From Kiritimatiella glycovorans (lineage in GTDB: Bacteria; Verrucomicrobiota; Kiritimatiellia; Kiritimatiellales; Kiritimatiellaceae), in assembly GCF_001017655.1 (NCBI RefSeq), contig NZ_CP010904.1, positions 2,070,001 to 2,102,000 of the forward strand: a stretch of 32,000 nt of DNA. The letters are read 5' to 3'. Below the pieces are notes generated by a model, which saw only the letters and a list, made by a program, of their open reading frames with translations, was not told the DNA's origin and did not search any database. Shown piece by piece: positions 18,448 to 25,012 of the stretch (within the stretch, counting starts at the first letter, position 1; each line of letters starts with the position of its first letter). Both the position numbers and the translations under genes were made by a program.

Positions 18448-19373
18448 TCCGTGGCCTTCCGCTGATCCGCTTCGAGCCAGTGCGATAAGTCGCGCCCCGT
18501 CAAATGCTCCAGCACCCCGACGTCCTCCCGATACACGCGGCAGAGCCGCCGACGCATCGCCTCCGACATACGCACGGGGCGAAGATTACGGCTCCGCAAC
18601 CGCTCTATACACCCGGAGACGGTGTCCTCCGGCAAACCCGCCCGGATTATGAGATCTTTCAGCTTCAGTTTCCATGGCGACGGCTTGAAAAAAACTTTCT
18701 GGATCCATCGATTTACGGGAACCCCGGAACGGTTCAGTGCCGCGACATCGGGAGGGCGGAAAGCGGAATCGAGACCGAGCCATTCGTAGACGCCGGCTAT
18801 CCAAGGGTCGAAACGTTGTATCATGTCCTCGAACAGTTCCACCCTCACCCGGGAAAAATGCTCCAGATAGGTTCGCACCGGATCCGCGTAATACCCCATC
18901 GCGATGTAATGCCGGTTCCAGGGAATCGCGTCGGCGCCTCCGCTGAGTTCCTGCTCGACCGCATCCTCGAACGTGCGCAGTTCGTTCATATCGCGCACAT
19001 AATGCATGTAATTGGAATACGCCCGGTCCACCGGATTCCTGAGCAGAATCAGGATCCGCACGTCGCCCACCAGGTCACGGATCGTCGGCGCGGACTCGCG
19101 GTGCGTGTAAAGATAACTGCTCGCCACCTCGCCGGACACGGGCGCACGTTCACCGGAGACCCTTCCGAACAGCGCCCTGTATTCCGCTTCGGTATAGATC
19201 CGCCCCCGGAATCCGGGCAGCCTCCGCACGGCATCCCGGTTGAACAGATAGGTGTCCTTGGTGGGCACGTAACATCCGGGATGGGCACGAAGATAGCGAT
19301 AGAGCGAGGTCGTTCCGCACTTCTCTCCGCCCGGCACGATAAAAGCAGGCGATGAAGGGCTCCCGGCGTTCAT
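18444..19373 (-). CDS. PAPS-dependent carbohydrate sulfotransferase (Sulfotransfer_1-like, KxGTT type)
   Basis: 309 aa from ATG 19373: MNAGSPSSPAFIVPGGEKCGTTSLYRYL (5'-PSB loop)...ILILLRNPVDRAYSNYMH (3'-PB motif). The track ORF 18444..20021 carries a spurious 216-codon N-terminal extension that overlaps the GT2 gene in another frame. Confidence 0.85.
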   Translation of the reverse strand: MNAGSPSSPAFIVPGGEKCGTTSLYRYLRAHPGCYVPTKDTYLFNRDAVRRLPGFRGRIYTEAEYRALFGRVSGERAPVSGEVASSYLYTHRESAPTIRDLVGDVRILILLRNPVDRAYSNYMHYVRDMNELRTFEDAVEQELSGGADAIPWNRHYIAMGYYADPVRTYLEHFSRVRVELFEDMIQRFDPWIAGVYEWLGLDSAFRPPDVAALNRSGVPVNRWIQKVFFKPSPWKLKLKDLIIRAGLPEDTVSGCIERLRSRNLRPVRMSEAMRRRLCRVYREDVGVLEHLTGRDLSHWLEADQRKATE

Positions 19374-20137
19374 GACCCCCACCTCATGACCCGGCTCACC
19401 GCGCGGCCCAGCACCGGGACGAGAAAACGAAAGGGCGAATACACCAGCCTCAACCGCACCAGCGCCACGGCCATCTCCGTACTCGCCTTGCCCATCCGCA
19501 GCTTCGACCCCGCGGCGTCGCTCCAGGTGGTGGGGATCTCGCGGATCGTCCCGCCGGCGCGCCGTACCTGGTAGAGCAGATCGACGTCGAAGGCCCAGTT
19601 GGTCGTGCCGAGCTTCGGAAGCACCCGCTGCAGTGTCGCCCCGCGAAACAGTTTGGCCCCGCACTGGGTATCGTGGAGCGCGAGTCCGAACAGGAGCCGT
19701 ACCAGCCCATTGAACACGCGCGACGCGGCGCGGCGCGAAAGGGGCTGTTTCGGCTCGACGCGCGAAGCCGGAAGCCAGCGGGAAGCGATGATCGCGTCCG
19801 CGTCGCCGATCCGGTCGACCAGATCCTGAAAGGCCTCCGGCGGCGTCGCGCCGTCGGCGTCCACAAACCCCACGAGTTCCCCGCGCGCCTCGCGGAATCC
19901 CATCATCACCGCCCCGCCCTTCCCTACCCGGCCGGGTTCGATCAGAATTTTTATCTGCGGATACTGCTTTCCCGCTTCGCGCGCCACCTCCGCCGTGCGG
20001 TCGGTCGAGCCGTTGACGCACACGATCAGTTCGACATCATCGCCGTACCGCGGCGAGAAGTACGAGGCATACCGCTCCAGCGCCGGCCCGAGCCTGCACT
20101 CCTCATTGAACGCCGGTATGATGATGGAGAGTTTCAT
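19370..20137 (-). CDS. GT2 glycosyltransferase, dolichyl/polyprenyl-phosphate hexosyltransferase-like (DPM1/DPG-synthase type)
   Basis: 255 aa. KLSIIIPAFNEECRL...LIVCVNGSTDRTAEVA...GKGGAVMMG...FVDADGATPP...HDTQCGAKLFR...WAFDVDLL, the signature series of Dpm1/Alg5-like GT2 enzymes. ATGA overlap with the sulfotransferase start. Confidence 0.85.
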   Translation of the reverse strand: MKLSIIIPAFNEECRLGPALERYASYFSPRYGDDVELIVCVNGSTDRTAEVAREAGKQYPQIKILIEPGRVGKGGAVMMGFREARGELVGFVDADGATPPEAFQDLVDRIGDADAIIASRWLPASRVEPKQPLSRRAASRVFNGLVRLLFGLALHDTQCGAKLFRGATLQRVLPKLGTTNWAFDVDLLYQVRRAGGTIREIPTTWSDAAGSKLRMGKASTEMAVALVRLRLVYSPFRFLVPVLGRAVSRVMRWGS

Positions 20138-20155
20138 CCTCGATCCATATACGAT

Positions 20156-21427
20156 CTATGCTTCCCGCCGCGTCAGCAGCATGACCAGTCCCGCCAGCGC
20201 ACCGTAGGTCGACGCGGCCAGCGCCATGGCCACCTGGCCGGTCGTCTCGTGGAAGAGTGCGACCCCGGCAATAAATACCGCGGCGGCGCCTCCCACCCAC
20301 AGAATGCACGCGAAACGATGCTGGGCGAGTTCATAATTGAGTAAAACGAAAATCAATCCCAGCGGCGCCATGGCCACGCAGACACCCCGGAGGAGCTGCA
20401 CGAGCCCCGGAGCGGGGTCGATCACCCCGAACAGGATGCGGAGCGGTACGGCGGGGAACAGCGTCACCGCCGCCACGACGCCCGCGATCAGCAATCCGGT
20501 CAGCGCCAGGGCCTTGAACAGGGTCTTGCGGTCGGCCGCCGCACTCGCGCCGGTCGAGATCACCTTCGGGAACAGCGCGAACCCGACCGGCTGGCATAGA
20601 AAGACGATGATCCGCGCCACGGCCGAGGCGCGGGCGTAGTCGCCGAAATCGATCTCCGCCGGGAAGAACAGTTTGACCAGCACGTTATCGCCGTTCATCA
20701 GCAGCGCGTAGCCGAAAAGCGCCGCGAGCGAGAGCAGGAAATAACGGTTCGTCGCGACCGGCTTGCCGGGGTCGCCGGCGGGCGCGGGCAGCCGGCGCGC
20801 CAGTACCGCGCCGCCGATCGCGATGCACGCGACCATCCCCAGCAGGTGCGCCGTCAACCCGCCGGCCGCCGTCGCAAAACCCAGCCCCACCGCGATCCCC
20901 CCGAACAGGAGGCGGAGGAAGGTCCAGGCGTTCACCGTCACGCTCATCCAGAAGAAATGCTGCAGACCCTGCAGCACCCCGCTGAGCACCGGACGAAACG
21001 CCGCGACGAAAAGCACCGCCGCCAGCAGCGCCACCGGCAGGGCCGAATCGAGATACAGCGCCCGCCGGATCGGCCCGCCCGCCAGGAGCAGCAACAGGAG
21101 GAGGGGGCCGGCCACGAGTAAAACCCGTTTCAGCCAGCTCTGCAGCAGGCGACGTATCTCGTGCTCGCGGCCCTCCTTCTCCAGCCGGCCGCAGAAGTGG
21201 GCCAGCGTGCTCTGCAGCGCCATCAGCGGGACGGAAAAGACGAGAAACGCGCTGAGCATCGCCGCCAGGACCCCGTACTCCGCCCGCGAACAGGTCCGGC
21301 CCATGAGCAGGTGAAAGAGGAGATTCGCCACACTGCCCGCGTGCCCGACCCCCATCAGGATCAGGCTGTGATAGAGCAGGTGATCGCCGTCCCACCGGTC
21401 CCGCACGCGGCGGAGACGGCTTCTCAT
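20156..21427 (-). CDS. PST/MOP-family polysaccharide flippase (Wzx-like), copy 2
   Basis: About 12 TM helices. N-terminal LLMGRTCSRAEYGVLAAMLSAFLVFSVPLMALQSTLAHF is the same PST pattern as copy 1. Start chosen at ATG 21427 (GGAAGG 11 nt upstream). An alternative ATG at 21454 would overlap the ATPase stop (TGATG). The track ORF extends to 21520. Confidence 0.7.
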   Translation of the reverse strand: MRSRLRRVRDRWDGDHLLYHSLILMGVGHAGSVANLLFHLLMGRTCSRAEYGVLAAMLSAFLVFSVPLMALQSTLAHFCGRLEKEGREHEIRRLLQSWLKRVLLVAGPLLLLLLLAGGPIRRALYLDSALPVALLAAVLFVAAFRPVLSGVLQGLQHFFWMSVTVNAWTFLRLLFGGIAVGLGFATAAGGLTAHLLGMVACIAIGGAVLARRLPAPAGDPGKPVATNRYFLLSLAALFGYALLMNGDNVLVKLFFPAEIDFGDYARASAVARIIVFLCQPVGFALFPKVISTGASAAADRKTLFKALALTGLLIAGVVAAVTLFPAVPLRILFGVIDPAPGLVQLLRGVCVAMAPLGLIFVLLNYELAQHRFACILWVGGAAAVFIAGVALFHETTGQVAMALAASTYGALAGLVMLLTRREA

Positions 21428-21453
21428 AGTTCCACGCGCCTTCCGTTCGTTCA

Positions 21454-22683
21454 TCAGAGTTCCCAATAGGGTATCGCCTGGATGTTTTCGCCGAGCTGCA
21501 TCCGCCTCCGACAACGGCACACGACAAACCCCCTGCGGGCCTGCGGTCCGGCGGTCGCGAGAAAGGTCCGCAGATGGCGCACATCCTTACCCGAAGGCCT
21601 GTCCGTCCACTTCACTTCGACCGGCATCTGTTCGCCGTCCAGTTCCACGATATAATCAATTTCCGTTCCACTCCGCGTCCGCAGGTGAAAAAGCCTGCCC
21701 CGGCCGAGATAGTGAAGCCTCTTGATCAACTCCTGCCCCACCCACTGCTCGAAAATCGCCCCCGCGTCATGGCGAATCGTCGACTCGGAAAAATCGAGGC
21801 GGGCGGCGGCATTGCGTACCCCGGTGTCCATGAAACACATCCGCGGGGTCGAACACAGACCCTTGCGTCGGCTGCTCGAAAAAGCCGGTATCCGGAACGC
21901 GATGAACATGTCCTCGAGAAGTTCGTAATAGGACCGGATCGTCGGGAGGGCCACACCGATCTGACGGGAGAGGCTCGACATGTTGACGATCGAACCCGAT
22001 TCTGAAGCGGACAGCTCGAGGAACCGGACAAAGGCGCCCCAATCCCTCACCAGCATCTCGCGCCGAATCTCCTCCTCCAGGTATATCTGCGTGTAACTCC
22101 GGAGAAGTTCGCCCTTCATCTCGCGGGCCGCCTCGGCAATCCCCGGCAGATCCCCGAAAAGGAGCCGGTCTTCCAGCGATACGGGATCGAAACGAGGATT
22201 CGATGAATCCCGTTCCGTTTCAAACGGCACGGTCTCCCCGCCCGACCCCTCGGGAAACGGACGTTCCAGCGTGGTGAGCGGCACGAGCCGCCGATAGATC
22301 GCGCGCCCCGGGAGAAGATTGGCGCCGGTTTTGCGAAGTCTGCGGGCCGAACTTCCGCAGAGCACAAACTTCCACCGCGAAGCGTCCTCATCATACAGAT
22401 GCTGCACCGCGTTGAATATCTCCGGTACACTCTGGGCCTCATCGACGACCACCGTCGTCCGCTTCCCGCCGCCCAGGGCCCTGCATTCCTGCTCGAATTT
22501 TTCGGGAGATGCCAGATACGCCGATCGCTCCGCAGGGCTTGAAAGATCGATCCAGAGATCGGCATCGGAAAACGCCGAGCGCAAAAGCGTGGATTTGCCT
22601 ACCTGTCTGGCGCCGAAGAGAATGAGCACGTAAGGCTCCTCCCTCAGCCGGTTAATCCCCGCTTCCAGAATCCGCCATTTCAT
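21454..22683 (-). CDS. COG1373-type AAA+ ATPase (AAA_14) with C-terminal DUF4143 / PD-(D/E)xK-like domain
   Basis: 409 aa. Walker A is LFGARQVGKST; Walker B is VVVDEAQ. C-terminal GTEIDYIVELDGEQMPVEVKW fits a D...ExK nuclease-fold motif. The gene uses far more A/T-ending codons (AAA, GAA, ATT, GAT, CTT) than its neighbours. Confidence 0.85.
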   Translation of the reverse strand: MKWRILEAGINRLREEPYVLILFGARQVGKSTLLRSAFSDADLWIDLSSPAERSAYLASPEKFEQECRALGGGKRTTVVVDEAQSVPEIFNAVQHLYDEDASRWKFVLCGSSARRLRKTGANLLPGRAIYRRLVPLTTLERPFPEGSGGETVPFETERDSSNPRFDPVSLEDRLLFGDLPGIAEAAREMKGELLRSYTQIYLEEEIRREMLVRDWGAFVRFLELSASESGSIVNMSSLSRQIGVALPTIRSYYELLEDMFIAFRIPAFSSSRRKGLCSTPRMCFMDTGVRNAAARLDFSESTIRHDAGAIFEQWVGQELIKRLHYLGRGRLFHLRTRSGTEIDYIVELDGEQMPVEVKWTDRPSGKDVRHLRTFLATAGPQARRGFVVCRCRRRMQLGENIQAIPYWEL

Positions 22684-22708
22684 AACATCACCTTAATATT
22701 TACTGTAA

Positions 22709-22737
22709 AATCTAAGGTGACCTATTAAATATGTCAA
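22709..22737 (-). promoter_or_regulatory. Candidate sigma70-type promoter of the AAA+ gene
   Basis: The minus strand reads TTGACA (22737-22732), 17 nt spacer, TAGATT (22714-22709), then about 25 nt including AAGGTGA, then ATG 22683. The -35 hexamer overlaps the stop codon (22734-22736) of the upstream GT-C gene. Confidence 0.4.
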
Positions 22738-24353
22738 TATATTGATGTGTAGATTCTCAGAAGCGTATGCCCCTGCCCGAAATGCTCGATCTCGCGCACC
22801 GGACGGAAGCGTTCCCGCACCAGCTCATAGAATCGCTCCGTCTCCTCTGCGGGCAGCGGCTGTATTTCGGGACAGGCGATGGTCAGCCCGTACCCGCTGA
22901 ACGCGGCCATGGGGGCGTCGGCGGTGCGGAGCCGTTCGGTGAGCATGGCACGGTTGAGCAGGTGAAGCCGCTCCGCCCTTTCGCGTTCCATGTCGGGATA
23001 GTAACTGAACGGCCCCATTTCCATTTCACGCGGCACGCGGCGGTCGGCTTCGACGGCGAGATAGGCGTCCTGCGTGAGCAGGATCGAGCCGGCCGGGGTG
23101 CGTGCGCGGATGAACGCGCCCGCGTCGCGCAGTTTGACCAGGTCCGGCCGCTCCTTGAACTTCCACCAGATCCGGTCGCGTCCGCGCACGAACCACTGCT
23201 GATTGATCGGCGACGAACCCGCGCCCGCCAGCGAAGCGAGCACCACCAGCACGGCCAATCCCGGAAGGAGGCGGCGCGGGATGAGCGGCACCAGCGCGAC
23301 CACCAGCGCGACCGCGAGCACCGGGTAGATGATCGCCTGATAGTCGTCGTACGGAAACGGCGCGATCAGGTGCACCAGCGTCACCGCCGCCCCGCCCGCC
23401 CAGAGCACGCCCGGCGAACAGGCCGGAGCCGACGTCCCGCTTCGCTCCCGGTCGCGTCTGAACCGCAGCAGCATCGACGCCAGCGTCAGGACGGCCCACA
23501 GGTAATACGCCTGTACGAAACGGGAGACGAACCCCGCCTTCAGGACCAGGGCCTCCATCAGGCCCCCGGGTTCACGGCCCGAATGATAGCCCAGCATCCC
23601 GAACCGGAACTCTTCCGGTGCGATCAGGAGGAAAGGAAGCATCCACAGCGCGAGCACGAATGCCCCGCCGATCCCGAAGCAGACCCAGTTGAGTTGCCGT
23701 CCGAGGTACTGCCCCCGGCTGTTGAACCGCTCGCGGTTCGCTTCCGCCTCGCCGCTCCGGGAGATGAGCCAGACGCCGACGACCGGGAGCAGGATCCCTG
23801 CGGACAGGCGCGTACCGGCGGCGAGCGCGAAAAAGAACCCCGACCAGAAACACGCCATACCGCCGAACCGGAGGCTGCGCCGGAACGTGAGGGCGAGGAA
23901 TCCCGCGGCGATCCATGTCGCGGCCAGCCCGTAGGTTTTGACCACGGTCGTGAAATAGCTCTGGTAGCAATTGAGCAGAATCAGCGCCAGCGTCGCGCAG
24001 GCCGCGACCGCCGCATAGTCCTTTCCGCCCGCCGTGCGTTCGCGCACCGAGCGGAACGCCGTCCACGCCGCCAGCAGTGCCGCCGCCGCGCCGAAACACG
24101 CCGTGATCAGCCGTCCGCCCGCCACGCCCCACGCGCGGACGAGCGGGGCGAACACGGCGTACACAAACGGCAGGACCGGTCCCTGCGTAAACGCGAAATC
24201 CGCGTACGGGATCCGCCCCTCCGCCACCGAACGCGCCGCAAGGAGATACCAGCCCTCGTCCTGGTTCAGATCGCCCAGCCACAGATTCGCCCCGCAGAGC
24301 AGAACCGCCGCGCCCGCGGTCGACAGGATCAGAATGAACATCAGGGTACGCAT
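22734..24353 (-). CDS. GT-C fold membrane glycosyltransferase (GT39/PMT_2-like)
   Basis: 539 aa. Polytopic N-terminal ~390 aa with first-loop acidic motif WLGDLNQDEGWYLLAARSVAEGRIPYADFAFTQGP, then a ~150-aa soluble C-terminal domain. First gene of the minus-strand operon. Confidence 0.75.
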   Translation of the reverse strand: MRTLMFILILSTAGAAVLLCGANLWLGDLNQDEGWYLLAARSVAEGRIPYADFAFTQGPVLPFVYAVFAPLVRAWGVAGGRLITACFGAAAALLAAWTAFRSVRERTAGGKDYAAVAACATLALILLNCYQSYFTTVVKTYGLAATWIAAGFLALTFRRSLRFGGMACFWSGFFFALAAGTRLSAGILLPVVGVWLISRSGEAEANRERFNSRGQYLGRQLNWVCFGIGGAFVLALWMLPFLLIAPEEFRFGMLGYHSGREPGGLMEALVLKAGFVSRFVQAYYLWAVLTLASMLLRFRRDRERSGTSAPACSPGVLWAGGAAVTLVHLIAPFPYDDYQAIIYPVLAVALVVALVPLIPRRLLPGLAVLVVLASLAGAGSSPINQQWFVRGRDRIWWKFKERPDLVKLRDAGAFIRARTPAGSILLTQDAYLAVEADRRVPREMEMGPFSYYPDMERERAERLHLLNRAMLTERLRTADAPMAAFSGYGLTIACPEIQPLPAEETERFYELVRERFRPVREIEHFGQGHTLLRIYTSIY

Positions 24354-24466
24354 CGCCGGGCTCGACGATGACAGAAGCCCCCGCGCGCGACAAGGCGTTT
24401 AAATTCGGTTATTCGTGGATTTTTATGGAAAGGTTCCCGGGAAAGGTGGGATGCGGGAGATCGCAG

Positions 24467-24513
24467 GGGGAGAGAGCATGGGATTCATCATGAAGGACAT
24501 GAAGAGCATGAAG
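24467..24513 (-). repeat. CTTCATG-triplet element, copy A (minus orientation)
   Basis: The minus strand reads cttcatgctcttcatgtccttcatgatgaatcccatgctctctcccc. It matches copy B at 42 of 45 aligned positions plus a 2-nt indel. Its core is three tandem 9-mers (CTTCATGNN). It ends 113 nt upstream of, and is co-oriented with, the GT-C start at 24353. Confidence 0.8.
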
Positions 24514-24544
24514 ATTGGTTGAGGTGGGGGGGGTGAACATAATT

Positions 24545-24637
24545 CGTACTCTTACTCGTACTCGTACGCGTACTCGGACCGCCGAAGGCGTGATTCCATC
24601 CCCCGATTCAAGGAATTCGAGTACGAGTAGGAGTACG
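24545..24637. repeat. Hexamer array (GTACTC)x5 and inverted (GAGTAC)x3, forming a 20-bp inverted repeat around a 53-nt spacer
   Basis: cgtactcttactcgtactcg (24545-24564) pairs with cgagtacgagtaggagtacg (24618-24637), complementary at 19 of 20 positions. The hexamer units gtactc/ttactc/gtactc/gtacgc/gtactc span 24546-24575. Confidence 0.8.
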
Positions 24638-24651
24638 ATGTGACGCAGCAC

Positions 24652-24783
24652 TTCTCATTATGGCCGCATTCCGACCGCGGACGGCGTGGCAGCCGTCCCT
24701 CCCGAGTCGATATCCGACGCATTTTCGGGCACTGGGAGGGTCGGGTGCCACCCCGACCGAAAAGGGTGAAGCCATAATGAGAA
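24652..24783. repeat. 132-nt palindromic structured element with perfect 13-bp terminal inverted repeats
   Basis: TTCTCATTATGGC (24652-24664) pairs with GCCATAATGAGAA (24771-24783). Internal hairpins are GGACGGC/GCCGTCC (24679-24685 with 24692-24698) and GGTCGGG/CCCGACC (24739-24745 with 24752-24758). An alternative pairing is CCCTCCC/GGGAGGG (24697-24703 with 24734-24740). Confidence 0.7.
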
Positions 24784-24818
24784 TCGCTGGATGTGACGCG
24801 AGCGGACTTGCCGCCGCT

Positions 24819-25004
24819 CACCATGGTTTGGTTACATACGGTCGTCTCTTCGGCCTCATCCTTGAAAACCAGTTCGGGCTCCACGCCGGAATTGTCGAAG
24901 CAATGCAGGGTGTCGGCGAGGGGTCGGTACAGTGCCAGCAGGTTCGGCAACGTCCGGGCATATCGACGACGCACATCCGGTTCCGGCACATGATGCCCGC
25001 CGCC
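24819..25004 (-). pseudogene. C-terminal relic of a zeta-toxin-like / COG4185 P-loop kinase gene (5' two-thirds missing)
   Basis: The minus frame reads (stop)GGGHHVPEPDVRRRYARTLPNLLALYRPLADTLHCFDNSGVEPELVFKDE. The GGHxVPExxxRRRY...N...LAD....DNS pattern is the C-terminal signature of COG4185/zeta-like ATPases. No Walker A region precedes it: an in-frame stop lies at 25005-25007 and the neighbouring lipoprotein gene ends at 25013. Confidence 0.55.
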
Positions 25005-25012
25005 TCACCCCA

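Noticed and set aside
19374-20021. N-terminal 216 codons of track ORF 18444..20021 (-)
   Set aside because: Overlaps the Dpm1-like GT2 gene in another frame and is Arg/Gly-rich junk. The sulfotransferase homology begins exactly at ATG 19373, which forms an ATGA junction with the GT2 stop.
20685-21584. 299-aa minus-strand ORF and 20763..21314 plus-strand ORF
   Set aside because: Off-frame or antisense to PST flippase copy 2; no membrane-protein character.
22689-22719. Inverted repeat CACCTTA...TAAGGTG that might sequester the AAA+ gene's ribosome-binding site
   Set aside because: The 5' arm on the minus strand overlaps or precedes the predicted -10 hexamer. It would probably not be part of the mRNA, so SD sequestration is unlikely.
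22767-24371. 534-aa ORF on the plus strand (also 23572..24393 on the minus strand)
   Set aside because: Antisense or off-frame to the GT39-like GT-C gene; Arg/Glu/Pro-rich with no recognisable domain.
24546-24636. Possible CRISPR array
   Set aside because: The units are 6 nt tandem or inverted hexamers with no spacers. No 24-48-nt repeats with unique spacers occur anywhere in the window, and there are no cas genes.
24409-24651. 80-aa ORF containing RVRVRVRVRV and HALHVLHDESH; also 30167..30520(+) and 30374..30598(-)
   Set aside because: These ORFs are generated by the hexamer arrays and the CTTCATG repeat. The dipeptide repeats and shared peptide strings simply reflect repeated DNA.
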